Of a stretch of 64,000 bases of DNA, positions 12,430 to 27,098 are shown one piece after another. The position numbers and the translations under genes were made by a program. The DNA comes from Sarea resinae (Eukaryota), in assembly GCA_026026165.1 (NCBI GenBank), contig JAPEUD010000071.1, forward strand, positions 1 through 64,000, read 5' to 3'. Within the stretch, counting starts at the first letter, position 1. Every line of letters begins with the position of its first letter. The notes beneath the pieces were generated by a model. It had not been told where the DNA came from. It saw only the letters and a program-made list of their open reading frames with translations, and searched no databases.

Positions 12430-13204
12430 GTGCGTATTTAGGCTTTTGGTGTGTTTTCTGCTATCGGTACGAACTTTGGTAAAGGGCTGGACCGGGCGCG
12501 AACTGGAACGGACGTCGTACGGATATCGGGGAAAAAATCGGCATCGGTATCGCTTGATTGCGGGAACGAGCGTCTGCATCTCGGAGCAGTATTGCTACTG
12601 ATACTTGGCGTCATCGCAATAGGGAACTTTTGGCTGGGCTGGATGTGGGGGCGGCATCGACAGGATGAGCGATGGCTTCTTCCAGATCTCATCGGATTTC
12701 AGTCTGGTACTCGCTTCCATCACTGGTCGATAGCCCGGCTTTCAGATGTTCCCTTCGGAGACCCCTTCGGGCCCCAAAAATCTCGTGTGTGTCTGTCTCT
12801 GTGTGTGTGGCTTTTTCATGCCTTGTATGACTAGGGTACGGGTGTACGAGTTTCTATGTACGATGGATGATGAATGAGGATGATGGGGCGGCCGATCTCA
12901 AAGAAGTCGACTCCGAGAAATACCTGATTCGAGGCTTTCCGGCGCATGTTTGTTTGTTCAAGTATGTCCTTTTCTAGCGGAACCCCGTCCCTTGGGTATA
13001 TTCTGTCTAGCTATCTATCCATCTATCTATCTAGGTAATCCAATGACTGTCCCAGGTAATCTTAATTTGTTCTCTGTGTGGAATCTATGTTTGTTTGTAG
13101 GACGAACTGTGCTTGCTTGCTTGCTTGCTTGTTTGTTTGATTGATGTCTCTTCTTTGCGTGACGTTATTGTTGATGTTCTTTGCTTGATGTTCATGTTGA
13201 TCTT

Positions 13205-13262
13205 TCTTGTCGATCTGTCTTGTCGATCTGTCTTGTCGGTCTGTCTTGTCGATCTGTCTTGT
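13205..13262. repeat. 13-bp minisatellite TCTTGTCGATCTG x~4.5
   Basis: Units at 13205, 13218, 13231 (one mismatch), 13244 and a partial at 13257. Confidence 0.9.
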
Positions 13263-14124
13263 TTGTTTCCTGTTTGTGTTGTGTTCATTTGTCTGTTTGC
13301 TGGCTCCCCCCCCCCCAGACTAATATAGTATGGTATGGCATGGCATGGTATGCTCAGACGGGAACTTCCGCCCCTCTTAGATGTATGAACGCATTCCACA
13401 AGACATGACAAGACAATATATGACGACACAAAACAACATGACAAGACAACATATGACAGCACACGAGGACACGAACGCACGACAGCACGCACGATAACAC
13501 GCACTCGCTGTCTAAGGCAGATAGACAGGCAAGCAGACAGACCTTCTCGCTATCAAGAAGAAGAAGAAAAAGAAGAAGTCAAATCCTGATTTCCAATAAC
13601 AATAACAACAACAGTCACAGTAACGGGCCCCAGGTTTCGTTCTCTCTATATCTAATCTCATATGATAGATGGATGGATGGCTTGGGTTTTGTCTTCCTGA
13701 CGACCGAATGAAAGAACGGACGAACGGACAAACGAGCAGACAGCGGGAATGAACATGGCACATACTAATATATTTGATCATCGATGGATATCTGTCGTCC
13801 ACCACCATCGCCACCGCAAGTGGAAAGGCAGGATATAATTAGCACAGCACGGCACGGCGCAGGACAGCGCAGGGCAGGACAGCAGCCCTAGTGTAGTAAG
13901 GCTACACCTACCAACCGTTTTCTTTGTTAGTTCTGCGCTCTCTTACTTTCCTCTTCCCCTTCTACCTTCTTCTTATTCTTTGTCGGCTCTATAGATAGAT
14001 AAAACGGCGAGGCGACGGAGCCCCGGGTTCATCGTCCACGCCTCTCGAGCCTTTGAAGGCTTGCTAGCCTCGTGCGCGCAACGCGGCCTTCTTCCAGCAG
14101 CCGGTGGGCCACAGTGTCATCATA

Positions 14125-15645
14125 CTACGTGTCGGCGTTGCGGGTGACGGTCTCGGTGGCTGTGTCCTTGGTCGTCGAGGGGCCGTCGAGATCGACGTCG
14201 GATAGGTTCGCCATTTCGCTGCGTTCTGGTGAATTGGCTTGCTGTGGTCCTTCTCTGGCAGCGGCGGCGACGGCGGTGGGGTTGGTGTTGGCGTGCGGGT
14301 TATATGCTAGTGGGGAGAGGTAAAGAGGCGCTGGCGGAGAAGGCCGACGAGTCGATTGAGGGCGGTGGGAAGGCGCGTATGCCGGAGAGCCGGGTGGAGA
14401 GGGCCGGGGCCGCCGCGGCGGCGGCGGTGGCGGATGACGACGGTGTTCGAAAGGGTGGTGCGCGGGCATGAGATACGGCGCCTGATGCCGCTGAAGGGGG
14501 CCTCGGTGGAGCGGATGGATGTTTTGTATATCGTACGGAGAAGGCGGAGGCACGTCAAGGTCCGAGATGGGGTCTTCGGCCAGGCTGAGCGGCCGGGGCG
14601 TCGGTGGCCCGACCTCCATGTCTGCGTCGCTGTTTTCGGCCCGCTCTTCCTCTTCCTCTATCTCTTCTTGTTGTTGTTCTTCTTCGGGCCGCTCGGCGAT
14701 CGCGTACGTTGCGCCTCTGAACGGCGACCTGATTCTTTCGCTTTGTGAGCGATGGGGTTGACCGGTCGGCGCGTGCCTGGGAGAGGTGCGGAGGGAGAGA
14801 TGGAGAAAGGGGGATGAAGAGGCGGAGTGGGGTCTTTGTGAAGAGGGGAGGCGGCTGGGTTGGTGGTGTGTGGGCTTCGGTGGTAAAGGGGGCGGGGTGT
14901 CTCCTCGCAAAGCATCCAGACGGCGCAGCATCTCCGCCGTGCTTGGGATACTGCTGCTGGCCGCTTGCTCTCGCTCGCCGCTGTTCTGTTGTCGATTAGG
15001 TCGGTTGCCCTGGTTAATGAATTGGTCCATTTCGATATCATCGTTCTGTTCTCTTCTACTCTCTCCTCCTGCACTGCCTCCTCGATCTCGGCCTACGCGG
15101 AAGGGATTACTGTGGGATGCTGTTCCTCTTACGATCCCTGGGGCAGGCAGCTGGAGCCCCCAGGCTCTGACATCTTCTCTCGACAGCTGGGAGCGGGGTG
15201 ATAGTGTCAGGGTCTCATGCACCGCTCTCTGCTGCCCCGGACGATGATACGGATGCTGCGAGAGGAAAATAGGCACTAATTCCGAATCAGCATAATCATC
15301 AACGGCACGAAATTGAACCCGCTTGGCGGTCTCTCTGTTACTGCCCTGTCTACTTCCATTCCTTGCCTCCCTGCCCCTATCTCGTACATCACCAGCCCAC
15401 CTCGCTCTTTCGGCTCTATACTCTGCTCCGAGGCCCGACTCGCCGCCGGACTCTTCTCCTCCGTCTCTGTCCCTGATCTGCCCGGCCCAGAGCAGGCTAC
15501 GGCGCCGCGTCCCTCTGTTGCGGGCCGTATCTCTGATCAGCTGGCGCCGCTTGTGGCCCTTGCGGTAGCGAGCGACGGCGAGAATCAGGAGGGCTAGGAG
15601 GATGCCACCGCCAGCAATGTAGAAGGGGAGCGGGGAGAAGGCCAT
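14125..15645 (-). CDS. Orphan 506-aa protein with an N-terminal TM/signal anchor and a Pro/Arg/Ser/Glu-rich disordered body
   Basis: Intronless ORF. MAFSPLPFYIAGGGILLALLILAVARYRK is a hydrophobic anchor followed by a basic patch. A pyrimidine-rich leader lies upstream on the minus strand. Confidence 0.65.
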   Translation of the reverse strand: MAFSPLPFYIAGGGILLALLILAVARYRKGHKRRQLIRDTARNRGTRRRSLLWAGQIRDRDGGEESGGESGLGAEYRAERARWAGDVRDRGREARNGSRQGSNRETAKRVQFRAVDDYADSELVPIFLSQHPYHRPGQQRAVHETLTLSPRSQLSREDVRAWGLQLPAPGIVRGTASHSNPFRVGRDRGGSAGGESRREQNDDIEMDQFINQGNRPNRQQNSGEREQAASSSIPSTAEMLRRLDALRGDTPPPLPPKPTHHQPSRLPSSQRPHSASSSPFLHLSLRTSPRHAPTGQPHRSQSERIRSPFRGATYAIAERPEEEQQQEEIEEEEERAENSDADMEVGPPTPRPLSLAEDPISDLDVPPPSPYDIQNIHPLHRGPLQRHQAPYLMPAHHPFEHRRHPPPPPPRRPRPSPPGSPAYAPSHRPQSTRRPSPPAPLYLSPLAYNPHANTNPTAVAAAAREGPQQANSPERSEMANLSDVDLDGPSTTKDTATETVTRNADT

Positions 15646-17666
15646 GGCTGTTTAGTCAGTCGGGCAGATAATTCAGAGGCAGAGGAATGGTTGAGGAGGT
15701 GTGTATGGCGGAGAGAAAGGAGAGGGAGAGAGAGGAGACCGAGAGGAAGATGATATAAGGAGAGTGTGAATGAGGAGAAGATAATGACGTCCTTTTTGAT
15801 GGTGAGATAACAGTCTGTCAGAAACTTGGTAGTGATAGTCTTAATACCAAAGACAAAAAGGCAGAAAGCTCGTCGCTGTTGAGCAGAGAACGGTGTCTGT
15901 GTCTGTGCATGGTCAATATGGTCTCGTAGCTAGCTAGGAGGGGAACGATATTTTGTGATATGGCAGGCTCCAAAAGTGCGTCACAAAAGTGGCGTCACAG
16001 GGACAGGGCGTCACTGCTTAGGGGAGAAGAGCCTCTGAGGGCATAGGGGAGAGGAACGTGAATATAAGCTCTGGCACATTCACGTTTTGTCACGGCGCAT
16101 TCAGGGCGCATGAGTCTGTGGGTGTCTCTGCTCTGTCAGTGCCTGCATTGAGCCCCAAGATATCAGATTTTGGTATTAACAGACACCTGGGACATTCCGC
16201 AGAGGTACTGTAGCACTGCGATTTAGTATGGAAGATTGTGCTGCGAGTGCAATATGCTCCGAACGTCTGCATTGATATCCAAATCCATAGGACTGTCAAA
16301 GAGCCCGTAGGCAGTGCACAGACCATAAAGCCTTGACTCTCTGTCGTGACTGAAGGGAAGGGCCAAGGTTTCCGCATAAGACAGAAGAAAGGCCACAAGG
16401 TAGGAACCACTCTCGAAACAAACATCAGCTCTCTCCATCTGAGCCGCGGCCAGGTAGGAATTGCGATAAGGCACTGATACAGCATCACCAGACCCCGACC
16501 AGAGAAAGAGGAAATACTCAAGCAAGTGCTGCAAATGATTCAGACGGCAGTAAAACGACACGAAAAGAATGGCTTGCACAGATCGATCATCTCTGCCGCG
16601 TGCCGCCGTCGCGGCTGCTACTGCTGCTGCTGCCAAATCCATGGCTCCTCTACCGTTCAAACATTAGCGATCTTCAACGTCTCATGATCAATGCAAAGAG
16701 TTTCCTGCGTTTTATCGTTGAACGTCTACGATTTTCAAGCCGCAGACCGCCACATTCCCAGGTGTCCAATGGGCTGGTCGCTCCCCAGGAAGCTAACTTG
16801 GAAGTCTGGACGTTTATCGGCGAACGTCTCTAAAAACAGCTCAGCCATACTGCGTACAGTTCCCGGGAACGTGGACGGCATGGGGCATGGGGCATGGGCC
16901 ATGGAGTGACACCAGCAGCGACGAGTACAGCGAGGTAAGGAGGTCGATATCAGTGGGAGGAAAACGGCCCGCATCGCACGACACCGGGCGTCGTGCAACA
17001 CATCGACCACCAGCGTCCTTGACGGCTTTACGTTCCGACCAATCCTGCGCGCATCAGGGCGCTGTTGCGCACGCAGGACGGGACTTTTGGACTTTTGGAC
17101 TTTTTTCGTCGAACGTCTATCGGATAATAACAGGCCACCTCCACGGACGAGCCTTCAAGGTTCCAGCCATCCATGGATGGAATGTGCCATGCTTGTTTCT
17201 GGAGATTTATCGTCGAACGTCTCTGGCGGAGAAAGCCTCGCCCGGGCTGTCCAATGGCTTTGCCGCGTCGGGCATCTTGCCAGTCGAGGCAAACACATGG
17301 ATGGAGCCCTGGAGATCTCGATCCCTCGTGCCTGGGAGACGTGCTTGCTTAGTCAGACACTCCATCCACGTCCATCCACTACGGCGGTCCAGGAGAGCCA
17401 GCCAGGAACTCGCCATCACTTGCATACCCGAAGTCGTTGGTAGCTTATCCACGACGAAAGAATCCATCCAGCTCCTTGCCGTCTGACAATTTCGGCCATC
17501 TCCAGAGTTATTCGGCCTTGGTAGAATCGATATCTCAGTCAATTCGACACACCGCAGCATCTCCGCCGGGTAAAAGCCTCCAATTCCTTGGGGAAAACGG
17601 AGCAGAATCGAAACAGCTGAAAAGGAAAAGCTCCACACGCGCAGGGCCAACAAGAGGATCCTCACC

Positions 17667-18332
17667 ATGTTCTCGTTCTTCCAACGAAAACCGAGTCAGA
17701 GCGCAAGCTCAGAGACATCGGCCCCTCTAGAATCGCCAGCTTCACAACAGGCCGAGCGACCACCACCACCACCACCACCAACAACAACACCAATTCTTAC
17801 CACAACGACTACCACCACCACCACCACCAACTCCCCCCAAACAGCCGACTTCACCACCGCTCCCTCCGCTCCCGCATCCACCACCACAACCCCGTCAAAT
17901 CGTCCCCTATCCCTCTTCCTAGGCGGTATTGCCTTCTTTGCCCTCTCGACCCTAATCACGAGACGCTCCCTGCACCGCCGCCGCCTGGCCACGAAACCCG
18001 CATTCTACCACCCCAACTCGCACCAACCGACGGACGTAAACGGCGCCATAGAGGCCTTCGAGGCGCTCAACATCGCCACCATCAATGTGTTCTCATTTGC
18101 CATGATGGGCGTCGGCGGCCTGTGCTGGAAGTTCGACATTGGCAGTCTGGAGGATCTGAAGAGAAGGGTCCGGGGCGGCTTGGGCGTGGATGGGTCGGGC
18201 AAGAGCGAGCAGGAGGCCGAGGAGGAAATTGAGGAGTGGCTCGTGAGCGTGTTGGCAAGGAAGGATGACAAGGAGAAGAAGAGAGGGGAAGGGGAGCAGG
18301 TCAGGACAAATGAGAGAGGTGCGTCGAGATGA
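17667..18332 (+). CDS. AIM11: Aim11-like (altered inheritance of mitochondria) two-TM protein
   Basis: LSLFLGGIAFFALSTLITRRSLHRR..NGAIEAFEALNIATINVFSFAMMGVGGLCWKFDI..EAEEEIEEW matches filamentous-fungal Aim11 homologues as I recall them. Confidence 0.7.
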   Translation: MFSFFQRKPSQSASSETSAPLESPASQQAERPPPPPPPTTTPILTTTTTTTTTTNSPQTADFTTAPSAPASTTTTPSNRPLSLFLGGIAFFALSTLITRRSLHRRRLATKPAFYHPNSHQPTDVNGAIEAFEALNIATINVFSFAMMGVGGLCWKFDIGSLEDLKRRVRGGLGVDGSGKSEQEAEEEIEEWLVSVLARKDDKEKKRGEGEQVRTNERGASR

Positions 18333-18981
18333 GAGAGCATCGTAGATGGGTGTTAGTGTGCGATACTGATGAAATTGGCTACAAAATGCATATACGGGCA
18401 TGGTGATGGTTTCTATTGTATATTATCGTCTCCGAAATAACATAGCATGAGGCCGTGGCGGGGTTTGGCTACCTGATAAAATTCTATAGCTGGAACCATC
18501 CACTGATTCCGCAAGCACTTCCGGTGGCAGAGAAACAGAAGAGGGTATTAATCAAATTCTCACGCCATCATAACAAGAACCGTGACAGGGGCAGCCCACA
18601 AAGACCTGTCGAGACCGAAAGCCACGGGATGAGAGTAAACTGGAGTAAGCCTAGCGGAAAAGGTTCAATAGAGAGGTATTGAGCAACCAGACGTGGAAGA
18701 AGATGTTGCAAGGATAAGTAGGCAATTCGAGATGAGAAGGATAAGTCAATGAAGCCTGACGCCAAACGCTGGAGCTGAGAGAAACCGCCGAGATTAGTAC
18801 AACGCAGAATAGATAACCTTCTTTTGAGAATCCTCCGAGAGAGCCTGCCCATCACAACGTCAAACCAGAACGGCAAAGAAAACACAGAACGCCTACAAGC
18901 GCCACTCGCTTTGACACCCAGTTCTAGTAACATATGTACTCCGCTTGTCGTCTTACTACTTCTCGGTCCAGAGCACCTAGA

Positions 18982-21937
18982 TTAGATCGGCGGACCACGA
19001 GGCTCCGAAGGCCTCGGTTGTCCATCTGATGGCATATTCCATTCATCGGTATATGGACCAGACTGTTCGCCCTCAAGAGGTTCTATGCCGTGCTCCATTT
19101 CAAAGGCAGAAGGAAACATTGAGCTGATATAAGGCGAGACATCCATTGCATCATTGTCGATGGGGTCGGGGGCGGGAAGATTGAACAGAAATCCATCATA
19201 GGCTGTGTATATGGGCGAGAAGAATGTCATCCCAGCATCTGGCTGTGATTCTCTAAAGTACGCCTCATTGGTCATTTGCGGCTGGAAGGGTCGTGAATCG
19301 TCACGCCGGAAGTTTTGGCCCTCAGCGGAAATACCAGGCGCACGAGGCGTTTGAGTTGATCTGGTTTCTGCGGGCGGTGGATTAGGTGTTGCAGCAGAAA
19401 CGTCATGCATGCCAGCCCCCAAATGCCCAGCAACCTTCTCAAGCATGGTACGGGTCATAATCCATGCACGATGAGCCGCAGTGTTCTCCGAGGACATAAA
19501 CCTAAGCCACTGAACCGATTTCTGTGCAGATCGCAACAATTCGCCGGCCTGATCAGGCATGTGGTCTGATCGGAAAGATAATTCCAGCATGAGCACCGTA
19601 GCAGATTGCACGATGTAATGCAGCACACACCACCAAGGGCCAGATTTGTACATCTGTACTGGATCCACATCATCTGGTAGAAGTTCCATGATCTGTTGAG
19701 CGGCCTCTGTGCAAGCCTGTGCAGTGGCACGATTGAATTCCTTCGAGTCCTCCGACTGTCGAGGCATGCGTCTTTCAATCCGGCATAAACAAGGGCGGTT
19801 AATCATGATCTTGGCGCTGTAGTAGGCGAACGCCAAGCACTGTCGCTGTTGAGTGAATTCCTCCCCGGCCTGCTCCTTTGAAAACGCGAGGTCCGTCGGG
19901 AGACCAGACTCCCACTTTTCGAGCTTGATCTCCATCTCCGTCATGTTGCTTTGAACCATCGCCCATGACATGGCGCCCGTTACCGGACAGTACAGTCGAT
20001 CCAATATTTCTTGTGTGAGCATGCTCAGCTGAATTTGACTGATAAAATATAGAGCATTGCTTGCAAGCTTTGCCCTTGAAGGCTGGGGGCTATGAGTGGT
20101 CCCAGAAGACGAGCTCGGGCGTCTCATTTGCGAATGATGTGATGCAGAAGACCGAGTGGGCAACGCTACTTCCGCAGATCGAGGGTCAATTATGGTAGGG
20201 TAGAGGTCGGGCTTTCCAGCATGGTCATAGATCCTCTCCGAGGCAGGAAACAATTCCTCATCTAGAGGTACTGGTAGAGGCGTAGTACAGTCGGCTTCAG
20301 ATATCCCGCTGGGCCTGCCGGTCATGACACCGAGGATCCTCTCGACTGAATACACGGCCCACCACATTCTCGAGCGAATCTCTCTCGATGGTTCTGATTG
20401 CGATTTGTCCTCATTTCGAAGGTTCAGACCGAGCGTTACCGACTGTCGAAGAGCCATACCGCTCATATTATAAGCGCTAGCAGTGAAACCAAGTCAGTGC
20501 TTATTACCCGCTATTCACCTCGACTGAAAGGTACGTACTGGTTGATCTGGTTCGTCGAAAGTAGGTAGAGAGCGAAGAGACCGGTGACCTGAATCTGCTG
20601 AAGGTCGGGGTGTTCAAAAATACTATCGCTGTTCATTCCAAGAAGTCGAGCCCTTGTAAAGTATATCAGATGATCGCGTTCGTCGCCGCTCCACTCAGCT
20701 TGAATGAGATGAGAGAACTTCGCGCCGATAGCAAAGATGAGATTCAAGATCGCAAGCCATTTAGGACCTGGTCTGGCCTGCGAGCCTCCCGACCTTAAAC
20801 TGTCGAAATAGGTAAGATATTGTGTGGCGAAAGAGGCCTTTCCAAGGAATGGAAAGGCAAATTGTACGTGAACCATATAGCAATTGAGCAGCATGTCTGC
20901 ATCTTGCCGAGTTGGGAGCTCGTATGGCTCAACTTGATCCGGAATGGACAATGTCATGTCGTCAAGATGATATGTTGCATCACTCAAATACACATCCCCC
21001 CTAGAGGCCCTCGTTTCCCAAGACGCGGTGGCATCGGTGCCCGTAGCCGACGGTGATTCGGCCTTATCCTGGGCCCGTCGTGCTTCTGCACCCGAGGAGC
21101 CGTAGGCAGCATTCTCCTTCAGACGTTGCATCCAACGAACTTCAGAGTTCTTCCCTAGATATCCGGTCGCACGCACGTTCTCGGTACGATTAAAGTCTTC
21201 ATCAATTCGGTCGATAGACTCATTTGAGCCAACCGTGCCTGCTGCAGCTTCCATTTCCTGCGCCTCATCATTGTTCCCCGGTCCGTCGTCTGGCTTGTGC
21301 CTTTTCTTCGAGAACGATGCGCGTGGTTCTTCGTCTTCGTCTTCGTCTGGGATGGTATCCTGGGATAATTGTTAGCGACAGTAGCAGTCTGTACGGAGGG
21401 TCCACAAACAAGGATCAGAGCCTTTTCGATGGACTCCTGATCGTCCGAGCCTACACGGATGCTCAGGTCCCGTAATAGCGTTTCGTACTCTGCATTCTTG
21501 GCCACCATCGCTCCATATTCTCTGGCAGGATGTCAGAAGTGAAACCTGAGTGTCAGAAGAGTGACAGACCTCTTCACTCGATCGCGCTTGCCATCTGCAT
21601 AGACACAGGCAATATCAAAGTCTTGACAGTGTTTGCATTCAGGCCGTTCTCCGCTACATTTCGTCTTTCGATGGCGACACGGTTCACATGCATGGCTCAC
21701 GCGGTGTCTGTCGCCGATTCTGGGCGAGCCTATGCTCATGGCGTCCTCACTTGATCTCCTCATCCGAGGAATGGCGACTTTGGGAAGTGGTTGAAATGGG
21801 ATTGCCGGATGTTGTTGGGGTCGATGCTGCAAAGAAGGGGAATTCTGGTTTGATTCTGACGCTTGTCTACCTCCTCGTGAGGTCGACCCTGACGACCTGG
21901 ATGGTCCCACGGGATGACGTTTGGGTCTGTGAGGCAT
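18982..21937 (-). CDS. Zn(II)2Cys6 fungal transcription factor with middle homology (Fungal_trans) region; 4 exons
   Basis: HACEPCRHRKTKCSGERPECKHCQDFDIACVY binuclear cluster; GYLGKNSEVRWM; EIRSRMWWAVYSVERILGVMTGRPS; PWWCVLHY. First intron at 21522-21569; further introns near 21360-21410 and 20477-20538. Confidence 0.92.
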
Positions 21938-24859
21938 GGCCGACGCGTCTTCTGCGAATGGGCAATTGACGAGCGCTTCGGTTACGGCAAGGGAGATGCA
22001 GTGACCAAGGCGCGATGCCCAATGGTGATGGGCTCAGAGTGTGATTCGATAGGTCTTCGCAGGACGAAACGGTCGTGTTGAGCTTGGGCAATGTTGAGGC
22101 GGTCAATGGTGGCAAGCCAGAGGGCCATGCTTATGGTCTGTCAGGACACCTGGCCCGCAAGAAGCAGAGAAGCGGAACGATGAGGTGAAGGGTCTGCGTT
22201 CATTGGAATCGAACAAGCAAGGGAGGAGGAGGATGAGAAGGAGGGCGGCTCGTCCGGGTATGGAGCTGGTTGCGATGCGGTGGTTGCGATATCTCTGATA
22301 GCGTACTTGGGACGAGATGGAGGGAAATGGGATCGAGGGATTGTGACATGGTGACGCCAGGGCGCTGAGGATTCCGCTATTTAATATCTAAACCCTACCT
22401 GCCTACCGATAGAAGACAGATCCCACTGCGAGAAATGTTTCCATGCGTATCGAATCCACACAAGTGAGTAAATCTTGGGCCCCGCGGGCGATCGGGATGA
22501 CACAAATTCCAGATTGTCATGCAACGGCAGCTACCTATACCTAGTACCATAGTCCAGAGTAGTCCCGCTAAGGCACTATCCATGAGTACCTACAGTAGCA
22601 GGTCGCACCAAAGAGGGTCCACCTAGGACCATTTGGTAGGACGGATCCCCGCTATCGCGTTCAAGACCGAGGAAGGGTGCGCTCGTCAGCACTGCAGTGG
22701 ACGGGGACGTCTCCGAGGAGCTCTCGGCCAATCATTTAGATGAGGTCGCGCTACTGCCATTGGAGGGCCAACTCCGACGAAGACACTGTCCGGCCGCGTA
22801 CTCCGTACCGGGTACTCGAGCACGGTCCGAGAATCCCTCCAGCCCTGCTGGGCTTGGTCCGCCGAGTTCGTACACGGTACATACTCCGTAGTACCTACTT
22901 CAAGTCGTTGATAGTGGAGTCCCGTGTTTTGCTGCAGAATGGGCGCTCGTTTTGAAGAGAGCTAGAGCTTACTGCGTACCTACCTACTCTATATGCGCCT
23001 GTGGGCACAATTCAAGCCGTGAATTGTTGAATGACCCTTTTCGGTACGGATGACTCGGTAATCACAGGCACTGAAAACTAAGATACGGGGGACATCCGGG
23101 GCGTTTTTCGGTGAGCATCCGCCCGCTGCTTGTCATGAAGCCAAAGTACGGGCTGTACTGGGGTATGGTATACTCTTTCGACTTCTTGCCATCAGAAAAA
23201 TAATACTGGGTACTGGTGCTATCGAATCAAATGAAGACGTCTGAGACTTTACTCAGCGGCACGCATCATCCGAGCGATGACGGTTCGACAATGATTTATA
23301 CGTTGACGTTGCGGGAGCTATATTACATCTCGAGATCGATTGACCCCGAACACGCCTCCCCTATCCAAGCTTGGCACTTTTCGTTTGAAGCGCCAAATAC
23401 TTCAAAGGTGCTATCGCTGACAGGACAGGGGCGAGTAGGAGGCCCTTGGCACTTTCAACCGGCCGGCGAAGGCTTCAGGACCCGGGAAGAACGGCTTACT
23501 ACCTTGTGATGGCAGAAGCCAAGATGTAGAGCGCTTGATGGCTAAGCCGCCTCGCCCACCAAGAGGAGGGACATCGGAGCTCATATCGCCCTATAAATCG
23601 GCAGGATCCATTTAGAGAAGGTATGGACAGGGAGAAAAGAGGTAAATGTAGTCAACTTGGTAGGTACTAAGCAGCTAGAAATGATCCATTCCAACATCAG
23701 TATTACCTAGTTCACATAAGGTACAAGAATGCCAGAGCGTGTGGAGAAAGACTTTGTGATGCCCCGAGCAGTGTCCCGGAAACTTATGTCTTTGACTGAT
23801 GACTTCGTTCTCGCTTTCACCCTCACATCCCGGAGGATCTTTGCCCACCCACAACTGAGATCAGCGCAGAACCTCGTAGAAGAGAATTGTAATAGAGAAG
23901 GACCAACTTAACACTCTCTAGTCCTCAGGCTCCCGTATCGTTCCTTCGAGCTGTGAAAGTTGGGTAAGTTTGGTAGGCGCTTGCAGTGAACGGGATACGT
24001 ACGTCCCAGAAGGGTGAGAAACGAAGCAAACACGGTCAAAGTTTCAGAGCCTCAACAAAGCCCTAAAATGACATCGTCGACGAACTGATTCACTAATAGC
24101 GACGATATAGCAGTCGCTATGTTGGGTTGCAAACAAATGTGAATCTCGGGTAAGGCCCACGGGTATTTGATTAAGCTGGACACTCTCGCCCGCACTCTTG
24201 CTTTTTCTTCCATCCACTCTTTCTTCATCTACCCGAATACAATACTTCTTCGATCCAACTTTCCACGCCCATAAGGTGAGTTCTTCCTGTCTTTCAACTC
24301 TTGAATAGGACGACTTCATTCGCCAGACAAACTTACATCGTTTGGTCTTAAGCTTCGAACAAGGTGAGTTGGCAATTTCCTACTTTCTTCAAACTCCAAC
24401 TCAAATACCTTCATCTTGTCATCCCTCCGGCATCTCTGCTTGGTGTTTGGCAAAAGCATTCTCCTCGTACCATTGACACTATCTTCTCCGTTCGCCTCTG
24501 GGCGGCAGCTTTTCTTCTTTCCGCTTTACATTCAGGAATTCTTATCACCGCAACGCCAGCGTGGTGAGCTCTCAGCCCTACACTTCTGTAACATTCTCCA
24601 CACTGGCCAAGTGAGGTTAGGTGAGAGAACTCAAGAAATCAAACTTCTAGAGCGATTCTGAGCCTAGCGCCATCCGTCGGCGTCCTCACTTGTTATCCTA
24701 TATCAGCAAAAGAGAGATCATTTCAGTCTATTGTGTCATGTCCACTTCCTAAATGGCTCAGATCTTTCTTCAATTTCCTTCACGGGCATGGCTTTTTGAG
24801 AAAACACTTACCATTTGCTGATTCGGGACTCAGAATAGAAAAAAGCGATCAATAAGAAT

Positions 24860-27098
<2,239 letters not shown>

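Noticed and set aside
13205..13262. Repeat array as CRISPR-like (also 49061-49216)
   Set aside because: The 13-mer array has no unique spacers, the second has only two units, the context is eukaryotic, and no cas genes are present.
16090..17730. Several overlapping 70-200 aa ORFs on both strands
   Set aside because: No recognisable domain and no consistent splice model; this looks like the divergent intergenic region between the orphan and AIM11-like genes.
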